From the NCBI RefSeq assembly GCF_000011125.1, contig NC_000854.2:1206160-1230159 (forward strand): a stretch of 24,000 nucleotides of DNA, written 5' to 3'. Below are positions 17,898 to 24,000 of this stretch, piece by piece. This DNA comes from Aeropyrum pernix K1. GTDB lineage: Archaea; Thermoproteota; Thermoprotei_A; Sulfolobales; Acidilobaceae. The first letter of the stretch is position 1, and every line of letters starts with the position of its first letter. The position numbers were made by a program, and so were the translations under genes. The notes beneath the pieces were generated by a model that saw only the letters and a program-made list of their open reading frames with translations, did not search any database and was not told where the DNA came from.

Positions 17898-18724
17898 CAG
17901 CCGCCCCCCGTCACTATGTTAACGAAAGCGTCCTCCAACGTTTCACCACAATACTCTTCCACAAGCCTGTATGGAGGGCCGCTGGCGACGGTTGAGCCGC
18001 CGTGGATTATAGTCACCCTATCCGCAATCTCCTCGGCCAGCGCCAGGTCGTGGGTGGTGACAAGTATGGCCCTGCCCTCTCGCGAGAGGCCCCTCAGAAT
18101 CTTCTTTATCCTGTTAGACGCTATCGGATCCACGCCCGAGGTGGGCTCGTCCAGCACAACAAGCCTGGGCTTTGACATGAGTGTTATGCCGAGCAGTAGC
18201 CTCCGCTTCATACCCTTACTATACCCCCCGGCCCGCCTAGCCAGGTCCTCTCGCGAGAGGCCGCTGTAAAACACCGCGTTCTCCACAAGCTCCTCCACAT
18301 CACGCCAGCCCGAGTAGAGCCTCGCGTAGAAGAGTATGTTCTCCATGCCAGTCAGCCTCTCATAAACCGAAGCGTCCTCCGGCAGATAGCCCACCTCACC
18401 CTTTACACGCTCAAACCCCCCGCCCCAAGGGTCAACACCCAGCACCCTCGCCTCACCGGAGTCACGGGATAGAAGGCCCACCAGCACCCTCAGGCTCGTC
18501 GTCTTCCCAGCGCCGTTAAGGCCCGCGAGAACATGGATCTCGCCAAATTTTACGGAAAGCGAAACGCCCCTGAGAACAGGCCTCCCCTTAACACTCTTAG
18601 CAACACCGCAGAGGCAGGCAGCATAGCCGCCCTCTAGACAGGCGCAACTATTCTTGTCCACCGGAACCCTATCCCCCCAGGAAGCCCTGGATACGCTATT
18701 ATACTCGAAAACCCATAATAACAC
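17894..18724 (-). CDS. ABC transporter ATP-binding protein (NatA-like).
   Basis: Walker A GLNGAGKTT, signature YSKGMKRRLLL, Walker B LVVLDEPTSGVDP and H-loop TTHD. The more likely start is the in-frame GTG at 18661. It gives the usual ~30 residues before Walker A and has a TATA-like GTATAATA at 18697-18704. Confidence 0.88.
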   Translation of the reverse strand: MLLWVFEYNSVSRASWGDRVPVDKNSCACLEGGYAACLCGVAKSVKGRPVLRGVSLSVKFGEIHVLAGLNGAGKTTSLRVLVGLLSRDSGEARVLGVDPWGGGFERVKGEVGYLPEDASVYERLTGMENILFYARLYSGWRDVEELVENAVFYSGLSREDLARRAGGYSKGMKRRLLLGITLMSKPRLVVLDEPTSGVDPIASNRIKKILRGLSREGRAILVTTHDLALAEEIADRVTIIHGGSTVASGPPYRLVEEYCGETLEDAFVNIVTGGGC

Positions 18725-19403
18725 AACAGGCCAGCCCCCGGCTTCGGCGAGGTGCCCCTACACCTTGGAGAGCCTCAGAGGCTTCTTGGAGCGGTACGGC
18801 GAGAAGGGTTACATCGTGCTAAAGGCTATTCTAGAGGAGTCGCAATCACCGGGTAGGGGGCCGAAGCCGGGGGACTTCAGCTTCCGGGGCCTCAGGGCGA
18901 GAATCGCCAGCTACGGCCTCGAGTACAACCCCAGCCTCCTGCTGGCAAGGCTCGAGAGGGAGTATGGCGTAATAGAAACCAGCTTCAGGTCCTCAAACCA
19001 GCACTGGTGGAGGATAAGGGATAGGAGGAGTGTGGAGAAGGCGGTAAGGGAGTATGAGGGTGCCGAGGAGGAGCCCCTAGACCCCAGGGTGAGAGTCCTT
19101 AGGATCCAGTTCTGGAGTCTCGAGCCCGAGAGGCTGCTTAAGAGGCTGAGGAGGCTCTCCAGCCTGAGGAGCCAGACGCCGAGGGACAGGCGGGCCATTA
19201 GGGAGATAGCGTTCGAAATACTACCCCTGCTGGCAAGGTTCCTCGAGGAGGCCTATAACTATGAGGAGCAGCTTGAGAGGGAGATAATGCTGGCCGAGGA
19301 GATACTGTCCGAGGCAGAGAAGGCCCTAGCATCCCCTTCCCAACCCAAGGCCAGGCTACTGGGTGAGGACGCCAGAATCGGCGGCGCTAGAGAGCCTGTC
19401 TAG
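18654..19403 (+). CDS. Hypothetical protein, helical and Arg/Glu-rich. It may contain a winged-helix-like N-terminal region.
   Basis: The frame is open for 249 aa and I recognised no motif. The real start is probably the in-frame TTG at 18765 (MESLRGFLERYGEKGY...), because the first 37 codons overlap the divergent ABC gene. The 3' end overlaps the convergent PPS gene by 48 nt. Confidence 0.5.
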   Translation: MSTGTLSPQEALDTLLYSKTHNNTTGQPPASARCPYTLESLRGFLERYGEKGYIVLKAILEESQSPGRGPKPGDFSFRGLRARIASYGLEYNPSLLLARLEREYGVIETSFRSSNQHWWRIRDRRSVEKAVREYEGAEEEPLDPRVRVLRIQFWSLEPERLLKRLRRLSSLRSQTPRDRRAIREIAFEILPLLARFLEEAYNYEEQLEREIMLAEEILSEAEKALASPSQPKARLLGEDARIGGAREPV

Positions 19404-20144
19404 TATCGCCTTGAAAGCCCTCGAGAGCGTCTCCCTATTGCTATACCCTGCCACAATACTCCTAAGCTCCTCCTCGCTAGCCCCCGAAAGCTCGTCCACA
19501 AACCTGGTAATATTCCTAGTAGCCCTGACAGCCTCATCCACTATCGTCACGCTAGCCTTCTGCGCCGTCCGGCTGAACGGGTTTAGATCTATAGCGGCAA
19601 CCCTCTTCCCCCACTTAACCAGGGCCTCGGTCCTATCGCCATCCTCTATAGCCAGCAGGACGAAGTCCGCAGAAGCTATACCCTCCACACACACTATGCC
19701 GCGAGGACTCTCCAAGCCGGGCACCCTCGTTTTCTCGCAGTCGGGAGGCAGAAGGCCCTTAACGCCGGCGGAAGCGAGGACCTCGTGAATCCTCCTAACC
19801 CTCTCCTCAGTCCTGTAGAATATGTTAACCTCGACCACCGCCCTACCCCCTAGGGCTTCGGACAGCCTCGCTATCTCCCCCGCCGCGAGGGCGGCATAGT
19901 TCCCGTTTACAGAGATAACCGGCCTCTTCGACAGGAGGAGGTATGCTGCAGCAACCCTCTCAGCCTCCAGGGCGAAGTCATGGCTCTTCTCTCCCAACAG
20001 ATAGTCGAAACACTCCCCCCTCCCGTGGGCTATAAGCCCCTGAGGCACAACCACACCCTTCTCAAACATCTCAACAAGCTTCTCCCTAGCGACGAGAGAC
20101 TCGTACCGTGGGTGGCTCCTGGGTATGTCGAAGCCACCGTGCAA
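19356..20144 (-). CDS. Phosphopantothenate synthetase (4-phosphopantoate--beta-alanine ligase), archaeal CoA pathway.
   Basis: 262 aa with a TTG start. The blocks IPRSHPRYESLVAREKLV, GLIAHGRGECFDYLLGE, VISVNGNYAAL, EVNIFYRTEERV, EDGDRTEAL and IDLNPFSRTA match the COG1701/PPS family as I remember the Thermococcus kodakarensis enzyme. Confidence 0.8.
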   Translation of the reverse strand: MHGGFDIPRSHPRYESLVAREKLVEMFEKGVVVPQGLIAHGRGECFDYLLGEKSHDFALEAERVAAAYLLLSKRPVISVNGNYAALAAGEIARLSEALGGRAVVEVNIFYRTEERVRRIHEVLASAGVKGLLPPDCEKTRVPGLESPRGIVCVEGIASADFVLLAIEDGDRTEALVKWGKRVAAIDLNPFSRTAQKASVTIVDEAVRATRNITRFVDELSGASEEELRSIVAGYSNRETLSRAFKAILDRLSSAADSGVLTQ

Positions 20145-20214
20145 GACGCTTACACCCTCGATACTACGTTACCCGGCAGGGGGGATATCCTAGGCTATAT
20201 GGCGTGGGTGAAGC

Positions 20215-21111
20215 CTACTCCAGCCTGGGGGGGCCTGTGGAGGGCTTGAGAAGCCTCACATCCAGGCCCGCACCAGCCATCCTCCCTACAATCTCACCGA
20301 CAGACCCCTCGCCCGCGGCCACCACCAGAACCCTCTTCTTAACGTAGTAACCGTACACGTCGCCAACCCCAGACAATATTCTGTGGGCCTCGACGCCTAC
20401 GAGCCTCGAGTCAAGGCTCAACAGCCTCGTCACCCTCTCTGCCTCCTCGAAGAACCTGTCCAAGCTAGGCTCCCTGAATATCCTGGAAAGACTCCTGGAA
20501 ACCTCATCCACGAACCTCTGGCTGGAATACATTTCTATAAGCCTACTGGTATCCATAGAGCCGGCCTCACCCGCTATTATATATAGGCCGGGGGGTGTCG
20601 GTATGCAGTCTACCAACGCCTCACCCGGAGGTCCCGGAGAGTATCGGAGCACAAGGCCCACGCCGCAAGCTATAGAAGCAACGTCACCCAAGCCCGTAGA
20701 CCTTCTAACCTCAACCTCGTGTGCAGCCCTGTAGGCCCTAAACACGCCCGCGCCCCTCTCCATGGCCGCGGCGAGAGCCCCCAGTATCGCTGAGGCGGCG
20801 CTGACTGCATACCCCCGCCCAGGCGGCAGGGGGTAGACCAACCGACCGCCGGGCCTAGAGCCTAAGAGCTCCGCCGCCTCGTTAAACTGGGGGAGATCAT
20901 AGCCGGGCTCCCACCCGTCCAGGCCAGGGCAGAACCTTGCCCTAGGCTCTACCGCTAGGCCAACGCCAATACTACCGCTGTACCCCGGGCCAGGCCCGGG
21001 AACCGGCCTAAACAGGGCCGTTATATGGTGTGGAGTTGATAGACATCGCGCCACCCTTAACCCCCGCGCAGACGGCTGTATGCTCCCGGTAAGCTCTAAC
21101 CTTAACCCCAT
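20215..21111 (-). CDS. Pantoate kinase (GHMP-kinase fold), archaeal CoA pathway.
   Basis: 298 aa. It has the N-terminal [10 protein letters not shown] motif, a GHMP phosphate-binding-like [21 protein letters not shown], and later [19 protein letters not shown]. It lies adjacent to PPS on the same strand. Confidence 0.7.
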   Translation of the reverse strand: MGLRLELTGSIQPSARGLRVARCLSTPHHITALFRPVPGPGPGYSGSIGVGLAVEPRARFCPGLDGWEPGYDLPQFNEAAELLGSRPGGRLVYPLPPGRGYAVSAASAILGALAAAMERGAGVFRAYRAAHEVEVRRSTGLGDVASIACGVGLVLRYSPGPPGEALVDCIPTPPGLYIIAGEAGSMDTSRLIEMYSSQRFVDEVSRSLSRIFREPSLDRFFEEAERVTRLLSLDSRLVGVEAHRILSGVGDVYGYYVKKRVLVVAAGEGSVGEIVGRMAGAGLDVRLLKPSTGPPRLE

Positions 21112-21141
21112 ATTAAAGGTTTCCCCTGGAATCGCTCAATT
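21112..21141. promoter_or_regulatory. 30-bp divergent intergenic region holding both promoters, for pantoate kinase (leftward) and the PHI operon (rightward).
   Basis: TATTAAAG (21111-21118) lies about 27 nt upstream of the ATG at 21142. AATTAT (21139-21144) lies about 28 nt upstream of the ATG at 21111 on the other strand. This implies that both mRNAs are leaderless. Confidence 0.45.
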
Positions 21142-21810
21142 ATGGAGGGGCCTCACTCGGGGGGTAACCCTGTGCAGCTGAACATCTACCTTAGAGACTC
21201 CAAGCTCTCCCACCCCGTGTTCAAGACTATGTCGGAGATAGCCCTCTTCATAATAAACTCTATAAATGAGATAGACGTGGGCCAGGTAGACCGTTTTGTA
21301 GGCGAGCTAGAGAGGGTCTACAGGGAGAAGCGTAAAGTCCTCGTTATGGGCGCCGGCAGAAGCGGCCTTGTAGGCAAGGCTTTCGCAATGCGCCTTCTCC
21401 ACCTAGGCTTCAACTCCTACGTCCTCGGGGAAACCATAGTCCCCAGCGTCAGGGAGGGAGACCTGGTTGTGGCTATATCGGGCTCAGGGAGGACTAAGGT
21501 GATAGTTACTGCGGCCGAGACGGCTAAGCAGGTCGGAGCTACCGTGGCGGCCATAACCACATACCCCGACAGCCCCTTAGGGAGGCTTTCAGACATAGTA
21601 GTCAGGGTCCCGGGCCGGACTAAATCCAGCAAGATGGACGACTACTTCGCCCGCCAGATACTGGGTATCCATGAGCCCCTAGCACCTCTTGGAACCCTGT
21701 TCGAGGACACCACAATGGTCTTCCTCGACGGAGTAATATACTCCCTTATGACCAGGCTGGGAATCGACGAAGAGTATATGAGGAATATGCACGCCAACGT
21801 AGAGCTATGA
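21142..21810 (+). CDS. SIS-domain sugar-phosphate isomerase, 6-phospho-3-hexuloisomerase (PHI) type.
   Basis: 222 aa. The blocks [65 protein letters not shown] and HANVE are colinear with PHI (for example the Methanocaldococcus enzyme as I remember it). The N-terminal ~29 residues are an extension if the ATG at 21142 is used. Confidence 0.8.
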   Translation: MEGPHSGGNPVQLNIYLRDSKLSHPVFKTMSEIALFIINSINEIDVGQVDRFVGELERVYREKRKVLVMGAGRSGLVGKAFAMRLLHLGFNSYVLGETIVPSVREGDLVVAISGSGRTKVIVTAAETAKQVGATVAAITTYPDSPLGRLSDIVVRVPGRTKSSKMDDYFARQILGIHEPLAPLGTLFEDTTMVFLDGVIYSLMTRLGIDEEYMRNMHANVEL

Positions 21811-22667
21811 CCAGAACCTACAGCCTAGTCGAAGGCTGGATAGTAGAAGTCCCAGGCAGCCCGGCTGAATACTGGGTTGTCAAGGGGTACGAACACCCGC
21901 CCGGTAAGGTGGTTGCGACTCCCTATAGAAGGGGCTCGAGGAGGCTCGACCCACGCAGCATAAAGCAGGCACCCATCTGGACTCTAGGATACTTCCCATG
22001 CAGGGGCGGCTCAGCCCCCATGCTCAGCCTGGAGGCGGCCACAGCGAAGCCTGTAAACCCGTGGAGCACGCTGGAGATCAGGTATAGAGACCTACCGCAC
22101 CCTATAAGGGTTCTGCTGGAGGAGGTTAACCCCGAGCTGGCAGGGCTAACAGGCTCCTGGGCAGTCTTCGCCGAAGATGGGGGTAGCGACGTAGACCTCC
22201 TCATATATGGAGATCCCAGCGAGATATACACGGCGTTGGAGTCGCTTGCCTCCAGAGGTGTCATAAAGCCTCACAGGCACGAGCGCAGCCACTACCCACT
22301 GCACAGCGCCAGACTTCTGGACTCCTGCATAAAGTATGGAGGCGTTACGTCATGCTACACCCTCAGGATACTCAGGCACACTAGCCCGCGCGAGTGCTCG
22401 AGGAGGCTAACAGCGATAGGACGCTACACAGGCCCCATAGAAATCATTGGCGAGCAAGAGCCGCTAGACAGCATACTAGTCCCGGCGAGATATAGGTCAG
22501 TGCTGCTGAGGCTGGGAGTGGAAGCCGTGGTGGAGACATGGAGGACAAGCTATCAGGAGCTAAAGCCGGGAGTCTACGAAGGAGACCTCGAATTATTCGT
22601 AGACCAACATGGCGGCATAACTGCCTCTCCCGATCTAGATGGGAAACTCAAATACGTTAGGGCCTAG
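21807..22667 (+). CDS. Uncharacterised Pol-beta-superfamily nucleotidyltransferase-domain protein (paralogue A).
   Basis: 286 aa. The ATG overlaps the PHI stop (ATGA at 21807-21810). The NTase signature is [23 protein letters not shown] (G[GS]-x10-DxD). An N-terminal domain of ~100 aa contains [15 protein letters not shown]. The C-terminal region is beta-rich. Confidence 0.55.
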   Translation: MTRTYSLVEGWIVEVPGSPAEYWVVKGYEHPPGKVVATPYRRGSRRLDPRSIKQAPIWTLGYFPCRGGSAPMLSLEAATAKPVNPWSTLEIRYRDLPHPIRVLLEEVNPELAGLTGSWAVFAEDGGSDVDLLIYGDPSEIYTALESLASRGVIKPHRHERSHYPLHSARLLDSCIKYGGVTSCYTLRILRHTSPRECSRRLTAIGRYTGPIEIIGEQEPLDSILVPARYRSVLLRLGVEAVVETWRTSYQELKPGVYEGDLELFVDQHGGITASPDLDGKLKYVRA

Positions 22668-22685
22668 ATACGGGGGGCTGCAGCA

Positions 22686-23618
22686 TTGTATGCTAGTGGC
22701 GACATAAAGCATGTGCATGGAGCCGTGGTCTTTGACAGATACTCTAGGATACATCAAGTAATAGGCATCCCAGCCCCGCCCGACTTCATACCTGCTATAC
22801 CAAAGTACGAGCCGTGCAAGAGACTCACCCCTTGGAGCAGAGCTGGTATAGGCTTCTGCAGGATACTCGTGGAGTACACTCCAGCTGGCGTCGAAGATTC
22901 GGCCAGAAGGCTTGGCATGGAGATGCGTTTCGACGGCCTCTACAACGCCCGCATGCCATACTTACGGCTTGAAGATGTTACGCTCTACACACACCCCCAG
23001 CATGCTCTCGAGCAAGTTTACAGGCAAGGCCATCCACAGGTGCTTAAAACTCTATATAAAATCGCTCGCTCGCTCGAGAAGCTGCCCATAAGAGGGCTGG
23101 GGCTGACAGGCTCCCTCGCCACGCTCACATACAACCCCCTATACTCCGACATAGATGTTGTCGTGTTTGAAGCCCTAGATCCGGCTGGTTTGGTTGAAAC
23201 CCTCGGGACGCTGGGGCGCCCTGAGCTAGATACTATAGAGTATGTAGGGCCGCTCCGCGGATCATACCGCGTCGGCTGGAGGAGGCGGCTGGTAGATGGA
23301 AAGAGGGTAACCTTCGTAGCAGCACCACGAGAGCCCGGTTCGATGTGCAAGCCGCTGAGCACATACTGGGCAATAGACCCTCCCGCCGCCAAAGCCGTCG
23401 AGACCAAGCTATACATACCTCCCGGCCAGCCATCGGCTCTCCACTATCCACCATGCGCTCACTCCGAGGAAGGCGTTTGGATAGTATCCTTCGAATACAA
23501 CGTAGCCCTAGAACTCTTCGAGGGAGGCGAGTTCAGAGTAACAGCAGAGGCCGGATCAAAAGGCCACGCCCTCTATGTCGGCGTAAGGGGGCTAGAAACA
23601 GGCATCCAACGCGTCTAG
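22686..23618 (+). CDS. Uncharacterised Pol-beta-superfamily nucleotidyltransferase-domain protein (paralogue B).
   Basis: 310 aa with a TTG start 18 nt after the upstream stop. The NTase signature is GLTGSLATLTYNPLYSDIDVVVFE. The N-terminal landmark GIPAPPDFIPAIPKY and the overall domain order parallel paralogue A. Confidence 0.55.
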   Translation: MYASGDIKHVHGAVVFDRYSRIHQVIGIPAPPDFIPAIPKYEPCKRLTPWSRAGIGFCRILVEYTPAGVEDSARRLGMEMRFDGLYNARMPYLRLEDVTLYTHPQHALEQVYRQGHPQVLKTLYKIARSLEKLPIRGLGLTGSLATLTYNPLYSDIDVVVFEALDPAGLVETLGTLGRPELDTIEYVGPLRGSYRVGWRRRLVDGKRVTFVAAPREPGSMCKPLSTYWAIDPPAAKAVETKLYIPPGQPSALHYPPCAHSEEGVWIVSFEYNVALELFEGGEFRVTAEAGSKGHALYVGVRGLETGIQRV

Positions 23619-23698
23619 AGGAGAAGGGATCTGCCGACACCCTCCAGGCGTGTCATAGCGGGTCGAACTCCTAAATTCCCCCAGGCCACAACGCTAGA

Positions 23699-24000
23699 GT
23701 GACACGGGGCAGGATAGTCTTGAAAGACAGAAGCAAGTCTGAGCTGGCCGCGACAATAGCTCGCGGGCTTCTAAGCCCCGCCCACGCCTCCATAATAGAC
23801 GTCGAGAGGGCTAGAGAGGAGGATGTCGAGGAGATAATTCTGGAGGCTGGCGTGAAGGGTATAGTTAGAAAAATCAGGGTAGATAACTTGATCATAGTAA
23901 CTATAAACACAGAATTCCTCGAGAGAGCATGCTTCTACGAGAAGTGCAGCAGACTAAGGGACAAGCCCGAGGCGCTTAGAGAGTGCATGGCCAAGTGTAT
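23699..24000 (+). CDS. Hypothetical protein; only the N-terminal ~100 codons are present and the gene runs off the right edge.
   Basis: It is not in the ORF track because no stop falls in the window. By hand translation the frame is open from an in-frame TAA at 23672: GTG 23699 MTRGRIVLKDRSKSELAATIARGLLSPAHASIIDVERAREEDVEEIILEAGVKGIVRKIRVDNLIIVTINTEFLERACFYEKCSRLRDKPEALRECMAKC. Codon usage is host-like. An alternative start is the TTG at 23720. Confidence 0.45.
   Translation, partial: MTRGRIVLKDRSKSELAATIARGLLSPAHASIIDVERAREEDVEEIILEAGVKGIVRKIRVDNLIIVTINTEFLERACFYEKCSRLRDKPEALRECMAKC

Noticed and set aside
16903-19788. Antisense ORFs 16903-17469, 17916-18269, 18911-19198 and 19363-19788.
   Set aside because: They are shadows of the NatB-like, NatA-like, hypothetical and PPS genes. 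Their products are Ser/Leu/Ala-rich and motif-free.
21807-23618. The idea that the NTase pair is a CBASS-like cyclic-oligonucleotide synthase defence module.
   Set aside because: No effector, sensor or Cap-type gene is adjacent. The C-terminal regions look beta-rich rather than like the helical CD-NTase lobe, and the pair is operonic with a metabolic SIS isomerase. The G[GS]...DxD motif alone is generic to the Pol-beta fold.
23671-23910. 79-aa minus-strand ORF from the track.
   Set aside because: The opposite (plus) strand carries a frame that is open from 23675 to the window end, with host-like codon usage and a plausible globular sequence. The minus ORF is hydrophobic and Ser-rich and looks like its shadow.

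Overview
High-G+C archaeal chromosome segment, interrupted by a few sharply A+T-rich islands. It is almost certainly from a hyperthermophilic crenarchaeon. The rRNA operon has a 699-nt intron in 16S and 202-nt and ~574-nt introns in 23S, and two of these carry LAGLIDADG ORFs. This matches my recollection of Aeropyrum pernix K1, but I cannot run a search, so the organism call is recollection only. Contents from left to right: (1) 1-2934, minus strand: the promoter-proximal half of an archaellum operon, with two tandem archaellin genes, a FlaX/FlaD-E-like gene and two FlaG/FlaF-type genes; the last runs off the window. (2) 3160-8016, minus: five overlapping, apparently co-transcribed genes (M20 metallopeptidase, MFS transporter, ABC ATPase, ABC-2-like permease, two-TM protein). 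(3) ~8130-15050, minus: a 16S-23S rRNA operon with long processing helices, no spacer tRNA and no 5S. (4) 15095-15560: a gene-free, highly structured G+C-rich region with A/T boxes. (5) 15564-16322, plus: a DedA/VTT-like membrane protein. (6) 16677-18724, minus: a NatAB-like ABC-2 exporter pair. (7) 18654-19403, plus: a hypothetical protein. (8) 19356-21111, minus: the archaeal CoA-pathway pair, phosphopantothenate synthetase and pantoate kinase. (9) 21142-23618, plus: a 6-phospho-3-hexuloisomerase-type SIS protein translationally coupled to two tandem, paralogous, uncharacterised Pol-beta-fold nucleotidyltransferases. This is my best candidate for an undescribed module. (10) 23699-24000: a partial ORF. 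I found no CRISPR array, tRNA, 5S rRNA, transposase or integrase. Nearly all ORF-track entries between 8188 and 15398 are artefacts of stop-poor G+C-rich rDNA; the two intron ORFs are the exceptions.
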